Made by a program: the position numbers and the translations under genes
Assembly (NCBI GenBank): GCA_031291995.1
Contig: JARLHZ010000034.1
Location: 78,915-142,914 of the forward strand
From: Candidatus Doudnabacteria bacterium
Lineage (GTDB): Bacteria > Patescibacteriota > Doudnabacteria > UBA920
DNA: 64,000 bases
Direction of reading: 5' to 3'
The notes under the pieces: model-generated
What the model was told of the DNA's origin: nothing
Databases searched by the model: none
The model's input: the letters and a program-made list of their open reading frames with translations, nothing else
Part shown: positions 19,459 through 29,006 of the stretch, in pieces
Layout: each line of letters starts with the position of its first letter
Numbering within the stretch: the first letter of the stretch is position 1

Positions 19459-19639
19459 TATCCAAAGACAGTTGGCGGCCAAATGGCCTTAATACCTGAG
19501 TGTAAGATTCCTGCCTGCGCAGGAATGACACCGGGAGCCCGCCGAGGAAATGTAGCGCAGGCTCGTGGCCTGCAACCTAGGCAAGCCGGGGGCTTGCGCT
19601 ACGGCTACAATTCGTACTCGGTTAAAACCGAGTCTTTTT
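19459..19639 (+). ncRNA. Ribosomal protein L10 leader with downstream terminator, carrying repeat insertions
   Basis: CCAAAGACAG...GGCGG...TTAA...CCCGCCGAGG core resembles the L10 leader; terminator ACTCGGT-TAAA-ACCGAGT-CTTTTT at 19616-19639; upstream of rplJ. Confidence 0.75.
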
Positions 19640-19712
19640 ATTGCCAGGATATTTACCGGCTACATTGGTCGAACTAGCCTACAACTAAATGCTAACTACT
19701 AAATGCTAATTT

Positions 19713-20234
19713 ATGTCAAAAGGAAAATCACAAAAAGCGGACGATTTAAAAGAGCTCACAGCCAAACTTAAAGAGGCCAAGAGCGTGGTATTTACCGGCT
19801 ATCGCGGCACTACGGTAAAAGATTTGGACAGGTTCCGCAAAACCCTGCGCACCGAAAACGTTTTTTCCAAAGTTTATAAACTGACTTTGTTAAAAAAGGC
19901 CATTAAGGACGCGGGACTTAACGGCGAAATTGCCGACTACAAGACCCCGGTAATAATGGCTATATCCGCCGAAGACGAAGTTTCTCCGGCCAGAGTCATA
20001 AAAACCCTGACCAAAGACTTAAAAACCATTTCCATCTTAGAAGGATTTTTTGAAGGCAAGCTGTTTTCCAAAGCCCAAGTTGAAGCTTTGGGCGACCTGC
20101 CAAGCAAAGACCAGCTGCGCTCGCAGTTTATGTCCGTGTTAAACGGCCCGGCCGCCGCGTTTGCGCGCTTGCTCGACGCGTATGCCAAGAAAAAGGGTGA
20201 AGCCGTGCCGGTGAGTGCGCCTGTAGCAGCGTAA
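19713..20234 (+). CDS. rplJ: 50S ribosomal protein L10
   Basis: YRGTTV...R..LR, KVYKLTL and LPSKDQL; precedes rplL. Confidence 0.93.
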   Translation: MSKGKSQKADDLKELTAKLKEAKSVVFTGYRGTTVKDLDRFRKTLRTENVFSKVYKLTLLKKAIKDAGLNGEIADYKTPVIMAISAEDEVSPARVIKTLTKDLKTISILEGFFEGKLFSKAQVEALGDLPSKDQLRSQFMSVLNGPAAAFARLLDAYAKKKGEAVPVSAPVAA

Positions 20235-20235
20235 A

Positions 20236-20304
20236 GGAATTATGAAGTATGAATTAGGAATTATGGTTTTAACGTCCTGATTCATAATTCCAAATTCCTA
20301 ATTC
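20236..20304. repeat. Heptamer-repeat hairpin between rplJ and rplL
   Basis: GAATTAT/GAAGTAT/GAATTAG/GAATTAT followed by the inverse CATAATT/CCAAATT/CCTAATT. Confidence 0.8.
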
Positions 20305-20332
20305 AATAAATAAGTATTAAGAAAGGAATAAT

Positions 20333-20728
20333 ATGTCCGATGAAGTAAAAGTTGAAGTTCCCGAGAAATTCAAAACTCTCGTGGATCAGGTGGAAAAGCT
20401 TTCCGTTATGGAACTTTCCGAATTAGTTAAAGTATTAGAAGGCAAATTTGGCGTTTCTGCCGCCGCCCCCATGATGATGGCCGGGGCCGGAGCCGCCGCC
20501 GCTCCGGTTGAAGAAAAGACCGAATTTACGGTGGAATTAACCGAAGCCGGTGCCAACAAGATTAGCGTCATTAAAGTAGTCCGCGAAGTAACCGGTCTTG
20601 GCTTAAAAGAAGCCAAGGACATTGTTGACGCCGCGCCGAAAGTTATAAAAGAAAATGTGGCCAAAGCCGACGCCGAAGCCTGGAAGAAAAAAATCGAAGA
20701 CGCCGGTGGTAAAGTGGTTTTAAAATAA
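20333..20728 (+). CDS. rplL: 50S ribosomal protein L7/L12
   Basis: [14 protein letters not shown] and [21 protein letters not shown]. Confidence 0.98.
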   Translation: MSDEVKVEVPEKFKTLVDQVEKLSVMELSELVKVLEGKFGVSAAAPMMMAGAGAAAAPVEEKTEFTVELTEAGANKISVIKVVREVTGLGLKEAKDIVDAAPKVIKENVAKADAEAWKKKIEDAGGKVVLK

Positions 20729-20753
20729 TTTTATTGCCATAAATTATTTTAAA

Positions 20754-20987
20754 ACCATCCTGAGCGACCCAAATTTTCTTTGCGTTGAAAATTTGGGGAG
20801 TCGAAGGATCCCTGAAATAGCATAACATTGCTATTTCAAAACCATCCCGAGGAGTGCATCCGACGAGGGATCCCTTAAGCGGTATGAAATTATTATTTTA
20901 ATACCATCCTATGCGACACTGAGCTTGTTGAAGGGGAGTCGAAGGATCCAGAATTTATTAAGATTCCTGCCTGCGCAGGAATGACAC
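20754..20987 (+). repeat. Cluster of REP-like elements
   Basis: Three direct units ACCATCC...GGATCC (20754-20812, 20841-20874, 20903-20949), then TAAGATTCCTGCCTGCGCAGGAATGACAC (20959-20987), identical to 19503-19531. Confidence 0.8.
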
Positions 20988-20989
20988 AC

Positions 20990-21024
20990 AAAAAACCGTC
21001 CCTATTCAATTGGGACGGTTTTTT
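20990..21024. terminator. Bidirectional intrinsic terminator
   Basis: AAAAAACCGTCCC...GGGACGGTTTTTT. Confidence 0.8.
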
Positions 21025-21439
21025 ATTTGTCGGCAGGCGGTAGTTCTTTTATTTTTTCAATATTAGAAGTTATAATTGGTTTCTCCATTCCATTTTCATC
21101 ACGGTTAGCACCTTCAACTATAAATTCAAGGCGCATATCTATGCCAATAAAATTTGATTTAATACTGCGGTTTGAGGAACCAATTTTAGACCCGATAGAT
21201 TTAATTTTTGTCGCCTCACGACAATATATTGGATGGCCTTGAATGTAAAATTCCCCCGCTTGATTAGTTAGTGTGTACTTTGTATTTGCTGTCTGGATCT
21301 CAATCCCTCCGCCAGGGGGGATTTTATCTGTCGTAATGCCGCCTTCAATTTCCGCCGTTGCAATTAAGTCGTTTATTTCCGGACTGAGATTTTTGTGGGA
21401 TTCAGAGAGGTTTGGCTCAGGTATGTTATTTTCTCGCAT
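21023..21439 (-). CDS. Hypothetical protein
   Basis: 138 aa ORF ending at the terminator; no recognised motif. Confidence 0.7.
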   Translation of the reverse strand: MRENNIPEPNLSESHKNLSPEINDLIATAEIEGGITTDKIPPGGGIEIQTANTKYTLTNQAGEFYIQGHPIYCREATKIKSIGSKIGSSNRSIKSNFIGIDMRLEFIVEGANRDENGMEKPIITSNIEKIKELPPADK

Positions 21440-21656
21440 AATTTTATTAAAGAATAATGGTTACCATAATAGTATAGCAAATAGGGTAAAATTATCTATC
21501 CCCAGACTTATCCCACGCCATTTGATACCCGAAACATAACCCCTGCCCCAAGCCACTTGATACCTGTACCGGTACTGACCTCTCAGAATTAAGTTCGTAG
21601 TTGCTATTATGGAAGTGAGCCGCCCCGATTGCATCAGGGCGGGTTTAATAGTATCT

Positions 21657-22007
21657 TTAATGAAAGGTTGCACCTAGAAAGAAAATTGCGGCTAATATCA
21701 AAATCAAAATACTTAATACAACTAATCTTTTATTCGTATTCTCATGGCCGGTATTTTTTACAAATATCTTGTAGCCTAAATTAGAGACGCCAATGCCTAA
21801 AGAAAAAGCACCCAAAGTCACTATCATCGAAGAATAATCTTTTCCCGCAAGCCAAGCTATACATAGCAAGATTCCTCCAACCGGAACGAATATTTTCCAA
21901 CTAAGTTTGTCTAAAGTTTTTAACCTTGCTTCTTGTTCTTGTGCCAAAGAGTTTCTCAAACTACTATTGCCTTGCGTTTGATTTGGCTTATTTGTTTGTG
22001 TTTCCAT
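21657..22007 (-). CDS. Hypothetical membrane protein (3 TM)
   Basis: METQTNK start chosen to avoid overlap with dus; three hydrophobic segments. Confidence 0.7.
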   Translation of the reverse strand: METQTNKPNQTQGNSSLRNSLAQEQEARLKTLDKLSWKIFVPVGGILLCIAWLAGKDYSSMIVTLGAFSLGIGVSNLGYKIFVKNTGHENTNKRLVVLSILILILAAIFFLGATFH

Positions 22008-22062
22008 AAGTTTCTTTTGACTTAATAATGTATCAGCAGTATAGTAACATAGAAAAATTACT

Positions 22063-23244
22063 ATGTACAACTTTTGGCAACAACTTAACAAGCCCATTTT
22101 TTGCCTGGCTCCCATGGAAGAGGTGACGGATTTTGCGTTTCGGGAAATGTTTGCGCGTTATAGCTCTGTGTCATTGCGAGGGAGCGCCTCCGACCGAAGC
22201 AATCTTAATTACGAAACCTACGACAGGATTGCTTCGTCGCCGGACAAAGCCCCGGCGTCTCGCAATGACACGTATAACCAATTCGTCATGTTCACGGAGT
22301 TTATAAATGTTGACGGATTGACTCATCCGGAGGGGCGAAAAAAGTTGGAAATCGATTTAAAATATTCCGAAGCCCAGCGGCCAATTGTGGCGCAACTGTG
22401 GGGGAGAAATCCGGAGAAATTTTCGGAGGCGGCCAAGATAATTGTAGATTTAGGGTTTGACGGTATTGATATAAATTTTGGCTGTCCGCAGGCCAAGGAA
22501 ATTGCCGGCGGCACCTGCGCCGCGCTTATTCGCGAGCCGGCTCTCGCCCAGGATATTATCCGCGCGGTAAAAAAAGCGGCCGGGGATTTGCCGGTGTCGG
22601 TGAAAACCAGATTAGGTTACAGTAAAGCCGACGAAATGGCCGGCTGGGTCACAACTTTGCTGGAAACGGGTATTGCCGCCCTGACTTTGCACGGACGCAC
22701 CAAACAGGAAATGTCCAAGGTTCCGGCGCAATGGGAGAAGATTGCCGAGGCAGTGGCAATAAGGGACAAATTCCAAATTCCAAATTCCAAATTCCAAAAA
22801 ACGCTAATTATCGGCAATGGGGATATTAAGAGCAGGGAGGAGGGTTTGCAAAGAGTTGCGGAAACGAATGTGGACGGGGTAATGGTGGCTCGGGGAGCGT
22901 TTGGCTGCCCGTGGTTTTTTAATCCCAATATAGAAATCAGTCCTCCTGTTGCGCAGGCCCGTGCCCTGCCAACCTCGGAAATAATGCCGCAAGAGAAGGA
23001 GGCCGGGGGTCTGCGCAATATAAGCCCGCAAGAAAAATTGCGCGTTATGCTGGAACACGCCGAATTATTCGACCGCGAACTTGGACAATATAAAAATTTT
23101 GTAATAATGCGCAAGCACTTTAAAGCCTACTGCAGCGGCTTTCCCGGCGCCCACGAATTAAGGGCAAAATTAATGGAAACAAAAAATTTGGAAGAAACGA
23201 GAATAATTGTAGAAGAGTACTTGATGGATATTGATGGATATTGA
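22063..23244 (+). CDS. dus: tRNA-dihydrouridine synthase with in-frame repeat-derived insertions
   Basis: LAPMEEVTD, DINFGCP, SVKTRLG, HGRT, GNGDI and MRKHFKAY. Confidence 0.93.
   Translation: MYNFWQQLNKPIFCLAPMEEVTDFAFREMFARYSSVSLRGSASDRSNLNYETYDRIASSPDKAPASRNDTYNQFVMFTEFINVDGLTHPEGRKKLEIDLKYSEAQRPIVAQLWGRNPEKFSEAAKIIVDLGFDGIDINFGCPQAKEIAGGTCAALIREPALAQDIIRAVKKAAGDLPVSVKTRLGYSKADEMAGWVTTLLETGIAALTLHGRTKQEMSKVPAQWEKIAEAVAIRDKFQIPNSKFQKTLIIGNGDIKSREEGLQRVAETNVDGVMVARGAFGCPWFFNPNIEISPPVAQARALPTSEIMPQEKEAGGLRNISPQEKLRVMLEHAELFDRELGQYKNFVIMRKHFKAYCSGFPGAHELRAKLMETKNLEETRIIVEEYLMDIDGY
22168..22271. repeat. RPE/REP-like palindromic element inside dus
   Basis: Perfect 13-bp IRs GTGTCATTGCGAG/CTCGCAATGACAC; inner IR CGAAGCAATC/GATTGCTTCG. 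Confidence 0.88.
22949..23018. repeat. GTAG-class REP-like element inside dus, homologous to 19552-19602
   Basis: TTGCGCAGGCCC...GGGTCTGCGCAA; aligns by eye with GTAGCGCAGGCTCGTGGCCTGCAACCT...GCCGGGGGCTTGCGCTAC. Confidence 0.8.
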
Positions 23245-23346
23245 TTAGCCTTTTTAGCAAATATATTTCGTGTCATTCCGGTATAACACATTTAAGTTTT
23301 TATTAAAAAAGTAAAGCGCGAGGGGGTGCGCCTCGCGCCACGTAGT

Positions 23347-23994
23347 TTAGGGCTTCGGGATGAGCCGAAGCCTGCTGCCGAATAAATCGTTGATCGCCGC
23401 GAACACCAGCGGGTGCACCTCATCGGTATCGTGGTATGATATTACGGTTTCCGCCGACGATTGTCCGACGTCCACTACCCAGCAAGTAATGCTCTCGAGT
23501 TCCATCGCTAAGATGTGCCGCCTGCCATCATCCATGGTAGGGAAATCCCAGCCCAAGTGAATGGTAGCCAATCGTCCCTGGTGCTCGGTCCAGTACGGAA
23601 CCGCGGCGGAATCAATTGCCGGCCCATTTGCTCGGGAGGTATCGTCACGTTCAACAAGTTTGAGCTCGGCTTTAAGTCGGTTTTCTACCGCCGACAAGAC
23701 TATCTCAAGCCGGCCTTTTTTGGCTCGGGCAACGCTAAGCTTGGTGTTGTCACCAAGTTCGCTGAGCATGGCCAGGCAGCCCGGGCCTGCGGCTAATTCG
23801 ACCTCCCGGATGAGTAATGCGACATCTTTCTGGCTGGCCTGAATCCGTGGAGCCAAATAAATATCGAACCCACCGTCCGCGCGATCCACTAAATAGTACT
23901 CGTACTCGGTCTTGCCCGCGCCCAAAACTCCGGTCGCGAACGTAGTCAAAGACAACAAAAAAACTACAACTACGGTTTCGGTTCTTGTGTTCAT
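23347..23994 (-). CDS. Hypothetical exported protein
   Basis: Signal-peptide-like N-terminus after an AGAGGG SD; GC-richer than its flanks; hairpin downstream. Confidence 0.7.
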   Translation of the reverse strand: MNTRTETVVVVFLLSLTTFATGVLGAGKTEYEYYLVDRADGGFDIYLAPRIQASQKDVALLIREVELAAGPGCLAMLSELGDNTKLSVARAKKGRLEIVLSAVENRLKAELKLVERDDTSRANGPAIDSAAVPYWTEHQGRLATIHLGWDFPTMDDGRRHILAMELESITCWVVDVGQSSAETVISYHDTDEVHPLVFAAINDLFGSRLRLIPKP

Positions 23995-24128
23995 GGGTCC
24001 CTCTATTTTGGATTTTACACATTTTAACATAAAATTAAGATTATTCAAATAAATGATATAATATTTCCTAAATTTGACAATTGAATTTGAAGAGTCTATA
24101 TTTAAGTCATAAAATTAAATCTAAAATT

Positions 24129-24362
24129 ATGTATCCAAAACCTGAGGGTCCTGCTGTAGAAAGTACCGAAGCTACCTCTACTATTTATTGGAAAAGAATA
24201 GGTAACGCAGAGAGCGAACTTCAAAGAAATAAATTAGAATATGCCCAATATTTGCTGACAAGCGGAAATAATGACGCAAGGTTTTTAGCAACATATCCCG
24301 ATATGGCGAATTGGTTGGACGAAGAAAAGGCTAAAAAAGCTGTTACACCGGAAGTAAAATAA
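24129..24362 (+). CDS. Small hypothetical protein
   Basis: 77 aa ORF from ATG 24129, followed by terminator AGCCCCTT...AAGGGGCT-TTTT near 24400. Confidence 0.6.
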   Translation: MYPKPEGPAVESTEATSTIYWKRIGNAESELQRNKLEYAQYLLTSGNNDARFLATYPDMANWLDEEKAKKAVTPEVK

Positions 24363-24525
24363 GGTAAAAATTAAAAAATAGTCTAACACTTTGGCGGACA
24401 GCCCCTTGACAAAAGGGGCTTTTTTATGGTAGTTTTAGCTGTCATCCTATGCCAGTACGGGTGACTTTGCCGCATACAATAAGGCATGACAAAACGACTG
24501 GTAAGCCGACTTAAGGAGGAGGCTT

Positions 24526-25071
24526 ATGAATTTTTCCAAAACCCTGTTGGCTGCCGGGCTGGTGGCTTACTTTTTCGTTGCAATCGGCTGCGGTCCGTCC
24601 GCTGAACAGCGCCAAGCCGCAAGGTTGGCTCAGCAGGAAGCGGCTAAGTCGGCAGCTTTGACGGATTATGCTTCGTTTCGCGCTGCCACGACAGGGGCGC
24701 AGGCGGAGCAGTTCCGCGCAAAGATTAAGGGTGAACTGGCGACAGCCGATCTGGGGGTTGAGGCCATCAGCCTCAGCGACAACGAGCTCCAGGCACACCA
24801 GAACGAGCTCTACAACGTCGATGCAGTGGCCGCGGCGCGCCAGCTCCACAACACCCATGGCAACTCGCAGAAGGCTCGCGAACTTGCCACCGAATGCCGG
24901 AACCTCAAGGGTAAATCCGGCCAGCCGGTTTCGCCGGCGCTGGAGAGGGGGCTGGAATTGGCTGTCGCGCGCAACATGCGGGAAGAGGCGACTGCCATCT
25001 CCCTCGCCCACGGCGTCAACCCTCCCACGAAAAAGGGCAGTGTCCGGCGGAGGCTGCGGGCGCAGCGCTAG
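24526..25071 (+). CDS. Putative lipoprotein
   Basis: Strong SD AAGGAGGAGG, hydrophobic leader ending AIGC, Ala-rich helical body; terminator at about 25101-25140. Confidence 0.75.
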   Translation: MNFSKTLLAAGLVAYFFVAIGCGPSAEQRQAARLAQQEAAKSAALTDYASFRAATTGAQAEQFRAKIKGELATADLGVEAISLSDNELQAHQNELYNVDAVAAARQLHNTHGNSQKARELATECRNLKGKSGQPVSPALERGLELAVARNMREEATAISLAHGVNPPTKKGSVRRRLRAQR

Positions 25072-25194
25072 GGGTCAAATTATTCGGAACTTTCACGTTC
25101 CCAGGCGGTCACGCGCATCGTGGCCGCCTGTTTCTTTTTTAGGTAATTTTTGTTATGCTTTAAATAGATACTTTTAAATAAACCAATTTTGTAT

Positions 25195-25629
25195 ATGGAC
25201 AGTGAGGAAAAAACGGGTTTTTTTGGCGACTTGGATCAGCAGATGCAAGACATTAAGGGTGGGGACAGACTAACAGATAAGGAGCGGCGGGCAATTAAAG
25301 GCGGTGTCGGAAAAGATGATGAGTTTGCCATGAATGCATTGGCCCGGCAAATGCGAGAGTTAATGGCCGAGCAGAATCCAAAAGGGTTGCCTTTAATTTT
25401 TAAAAGCGGGTATGTCATTAAAGTTAAAAGAAGTTCCGGAAATATTGACACTGACTGGCGCGTCAAGCAGTTTGACAAGTCAGGTTTTGTTATAGTTGAC
25501 AAACCAAATCCCGAGGTACACAAGAAAAGAATGGAAAGAACTTTGTATTTTAAGGAATTTTATGAACTCAATCCTCCTGACGCAACCTGCCAAAATGCCG
25601 AGTATTTGGAAGAATATTCAAAAAAATAA
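25195..25629 (+). CDS. Hypothetical protein
   Basis: 144 aa ORF containing VKRSSGNIDTDW. Confidence 0.7.
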   Translation: MDSEEKTGFFGDLDQQMQDIKGGDRLTDKERRAIKGGVGKDDEFAMNALARQMRELMAEQNPKGLPLIFKSGYVIKVKRSSGNIDTDWRVKQFDKSGFVIVDKPNPEVHKKRMERTLYFKEFYELNPPDATCQNAEYLEEYSKK

Positions 25630-25718
25630 TTAAGGCTATAAATTTTATTAGAAACGTCATATAGTATTATTACGTTTTATTTATTGCCGCGGAAAGCGGT
25701 TTTTTTGGAGGAGGAGAG

Positions 25719-25961
25719 ATGACGGCGATAGTTTTGACGTTAATGGCGGGTATGCTGGCTGGAGGAGTGGCGCGTCCACAATGGCTGTGGCTGAAACTAT
25801 TATCGTTGGCCTTTATAGCCGCGGCCGTGACCACGGGCTTAGTGGCGATGCGAGACGAGCGCGACTGGCTTGGCGGAGTTGTGACTTTTGGCTATTACAT
25901 TTGGCCGGGCGCCGGCTACTGGCTGGGCAGATTCCTTAGGTATGCGTTTGCGGACAATTAA
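25719..25961 (+). CDS. Small membrane protein
   Basis: SD GGAGGAGGAG; three hydrophobic segments. Confidence 0.7.
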   Translation: MTAIVLTLMAGMLAGGVARPQWLWLKLLSLAFIAAAVTTGLVAMRDERDWLGGVVTFGYYIWPGAGYWLGRFLRYAFADN

Positions 25962-26110
25962 ATAGCCACAGGCGTATTCCGGGCGGATGCATATCCGCCT
26001 TTTCTTGAACTTTCTCGCCCGTTATGTTATATTGACTATATAAATTTGAAAAGTCTTCCCGAGTTTTGGGATCTCTTTTTTTTGACATTAAAATCTTTAA
26101 AAATTGGCTT

Positions 26111-26617
26111 ATGGGTACAATAAAAATAATCCCTTTCGGGGAAGTTGAGGCGTTTAACGCCGTAATTGAAGTGCCGCAAGGAGAAATGAAAAAATATGCC
26201 TATGACCCCGAACTGGGAAGCATTAAATTAACCCGAGTGCTATACGACGGCATAAAATTTCCTTTTAACTACGGATTTGTGGCCGGGACGGAAAATCACG
26301 ATGGCGGTCATTTGGACGTGTTTGTCATAAGCACGCACGCGATTACCAGGGGAACGGTCGTAGTCTGCCGGGCAATCGGGGTAATGGAGATGGAAGACCA
26401 GGGCAAGCCCGATCATAAGATAATCGCAGTGCCCAACACCGAAACACGCCTGGCGAATTTGAAGGATATAAAAGATTTTGAGGAAAGCGAACGCGAAAAA
26501 ATAAGTTTATTTTATCGCAGCGCGGCCGAACAGTGGGGCTTGGCCATTAAATTGCTCGGGTTTGCCGACAAAGCCAAAGCCAAAAAAGAATTGTTGCGGA
26601 CTCTGCAATTCGAATAA
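26111..26617 (+). CDS. ppa: Family I inorganic pyrophosphatase homologue with a degenerate active site
   Basis: VIEVPQG, PFNYGF, DGGHLDV and EDQGKPDHKIIAV. Confidence 0.8.
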   Translation: MGTIKIIPFGEVEAFNAVIEVPQGEMKKYAYDPELGSIKLTRVLYDGIKFPFNYGFVAGTENHDGGHLDVFVISTHAITRGTVVVCRAIGVMEMEDQGKPDHKIIAVPNTETRLANLKDIKDFEESEREKISLFYRSAAEQWGLAIKLLGFADKAKAKKELLRTLQFE

Positions 26618-26631
26618 ACTTCTAAAACTAA

Positions 26632-26665
26632 AAAGGCCGTTTCCGCGAGCGCGGATACGGCCTTT
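26632..26665. terminator. Bidirectional intrinsic terminator
   Basis: AAAGGCCGT-T-TCCGC...GCGGA-T-ACGGCCTTT between convergent PPase genes. Confidence 0.75.
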
Positions 26666-26679
26666 ATTGTTGGTAAAGA

Positions 26680-28749
26680 TTACGGTTTTAGGAATTTAAC
26701 CATCAGCAGGGCGACAATGTTGATAATTTTTATCATCGGGTTAATGGCCGGGCCGGCGGTATCTTTATAAGGATCGCCAACGGTGTCGCCGGTAACGGCC
26801 GCTTTGTGGGCCTCGCTGCCCTTGCCGCCGTAGTTGCCTTCCTCAATATACTTTTTCGCGTTGTCCCAGGCCGCTCCGCCGGTAGTCATGGAAATTCCGA
26901 CGAACACGCCGGTAATAATAGTACCCACCAGCATCCCGCCTAAAGCCGCGGCGCCCAAAACCAATCCCACCAAAATCGGCATAACAACCGGAATCAGCGC
27001 GGGGATAATCATTTCTTTAATGGCAGCTTTGGTAACAATGTCTACAGCGCGGGTATAATCGGGCTTGGCCTGCCCGGTCATAATGCCCTTAATTTCCCTA
27101 AACTGCCGGCGCACTTCTTCTACCACGGCCTTGGCCGCGTTGCCTACGGCCGACATAGCGATTGACGCGAATAAATAGGGGAGCAATCCGCCAATAAGCA
27201 GACCGACCAAAACGCGGCTGTTGGACAAATCGAATACGGTGGAAATTCCATTGGCCGAAAGTTCTTGCGTATACGCGGCAAAGAGCACCATTGCCGCAAG
27301 CCCCGCCGAGGCAATGGCATAGCCTTTGGTAACGGCTTTGGTGGTATTACCAACGGCGTCCAGAGGATCGGTCACGTCTCGCACACTTTGGTCCAGGCCG
27401 GCCATTTCGGCAATCCCGCCGGCGTTGTCTGTAATCGGCCCAAAGGCGTCAATGGCAACGACTATTCCGGTAAGTGACAGCATGCTCATAACGGCCAGCG
27501 CGATTCCGTACAGTCCCGCGAGATGGTTGGCCAATAAAATCGCGACAACGATTACAAAAATCGGGGCGGCAGTAGCCTGCATACCCACGGCAATGCCTTT
27601 AATGATGTTGGTGCCGTGTCCGGTAGTCGAAGCCGCGGCAATGTCTTTAACCGGAGAAAAAGATTTGGAAGTGTAGTATTCGGTAATAACGGTAATTAAC
27701 CCCGTAACGGCCAAACCGATAAGCGCGCAGTAGAACAGATTGGCAGGGTCGTATGTCCCGTTGTCGGACATAATTTTTTGGGTAATCGGCCAGAATACAA
27801 TCGCGGATAAAATTCCGGTAACGGCAAAGCCTTTGTACATGGCGCCCATAATGTTTTTGGATTTACCCAAACGGACGAACCAGGTGCCGATAATGGTAGT
27901 GACAATGGAAGCGGCGCCAATCATCAACGGGTAAATAATGGCATTGGCGTAGCCCGGAAACAAAGCGGAACCGAGCAAAATAACCGCCACGGCGGAAACC
28001 ACATAGGTTTCAAACAAATCCGCAGCCATACCGGCGCAATCGCCAACGTTGTCGCCCACGTTATCGGCAATAACTCCCGGATTTCTCGGATCGTCTTCCG
28101 GAATGCCGGCTTCCACTTTGCCGACCATGTCGGTACCCACGTCCGCGCCTTTGGTAAAAATACCGCCGCCCAAGCGGGCAAAAACGGAAATTAAGGATGC
28201 GCCAAAAGCCAGACCGGCCAAAGCCGGCAAATCAAAACTAAAACCGCCCGTACAAGTATTGGCATCCCCTAGATTTATGCAGGCTCCGCCACCCGAGGTT
28301 TTTGTAGCCATCATAAAACCAGTCACGGCCAAAAGTCCCAAGCCGACCACAAATAATCCGGTTACCGAACCGCCTTCAAAAGCCAGCGACAGCGCGGAAC
28401 CCAGGCCTTTTTTTGCCGCCTCGGCGGTGCGCACATTGGCGCGCACGGAAATATTCATGCCGACAAACCCGGCTACGGCGGAAAGAACCGCGCCCAGCAC
28501 AAAGCCTTCCATAGTATGCGCGGAAAAATGTGCCAGCCACATTAAAATTAAAATGACAACAGCCACAATACCCACTGTCTTGTATTGCCTGTTTAAATAA
28601 GCCTTGGCCCCATCCTGAATGGCTTTGGCAATCTCAATCATTTTGCCTTCCCCGGCCGGCTGCTTTAAAATTTTAACAATTAAAAATACGCCGTACAAAA
28701 GGGCTAAAAAAGCCGCTCCCAAGGCGTACCAGAGTATGCTGTCTTGCAT
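26680..28749 (-). CDS. hppA: Membrane-bound pyrophosphatase, K+-independent H+-translocating type
   Basis: [31 protein letters not shown] and [14 protein letters not shown]; Lys in GNTTKA marks the K+-independent subfamily. Confidence 0.95.
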   Translation of the reverse strand: MQDSILWYALGAAFLALLYGVFLIVKILKQPAGEGKMIEIAKAIQDGAKAYLNRQYKTVGIVAVVILILMWLAHFSAHTMEGFVLGAVLSAVAGFVGMNISVRANVRTAEAAKKGLGSALSLAFEGGSVTGLFVVGLGLLAVTGFMMATKTSGGGACINLGDANTCTGGFSFDLPALAGLAFGASLISVFARLGGGIFTKGADVGTDMVGKVEAGIPEDDPRNPGVIADNVGDNVGDCAGMAADLFETYVVSAVAVILLGSALFPGYANAIIYPLMIGAASIVTTIIGTWFVRLGKSKNIMGAMYKGFAVTGILSAIVFWPITQKIMSDNGTYDPANLFYCALIGLAVTGLITVITEYYTSKSFSPVKDIAAASTTGHGTNIIKGIAVGMQATAAPIFVIVVAILLANHLAGLYGIALAVMSMLSLTGIVVAIDAFGPITDNAGGIAEMAGLDQSVRDVTDPLDAVGNTTKAVTKGYAIASAGLAAMVLFAAYTQELSANGISTVFDLSNSRVLVGLLIGGLLPYLFASIAMSAVGNAAKAVVEEVRRQFREIKGIMTGQAKPDYTRAVDIVTKAAIKEMIIPALIPVVMPILVGLVLGAAALGGMLVGTIITGVFVGISMTTGGAAWDNAKKYIEEGNYGGKGSEAHKAAVTGDTVGDPYKDTAGPAINPMIKIINIVALLMVKFLKP

Positions 28750-28824
28750 AAGGTTTATGTTTAGATATTAATTATCTGTTAGCAATTATAGCGATTTTTA
28801 CGGATTTGGGCAAGGGAACTTTGG

Positions 28825-28998
28825 GTAACTGTTCACAAGCCTGAGTGAGGCCGAAAATCCTGCCGATTTTCCGCAGCTTGGGGGCTCCTCGTTCATCAGA
28901 CTGCGCCTGATATCACTACGCCTCCCAATCCTCGCAGCATAAAATTGCCAGTATTTCCGGCCTCCGGGTTTGTCCTACTCAAGATTGTGAACTGTTAC
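28825..28998. mobile_element. 174-bp MITE with 14-bp TIRs and an 8-bp target duplication
   Basis: TIRs GTAACTGTTCACAA / TTGTGAACTGTTAC (1 mismatch); AACTTTGG duplicated at 28817-28824 and 28999-29006. Confidence 0.88.
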
Positions 28999-29006
28999 AA
29001 CTTTGG

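Noticed and set aside
19483-19677. 64-aa ORF before rplJ
   Set aside because: It is a translation of the L10 leader and REP sequences.
20754-20949. CRISPR array
   Set aside because: Only three units of unequal length and sequence, one spacer is itself a hairpin, and there are no cas genes in the window.
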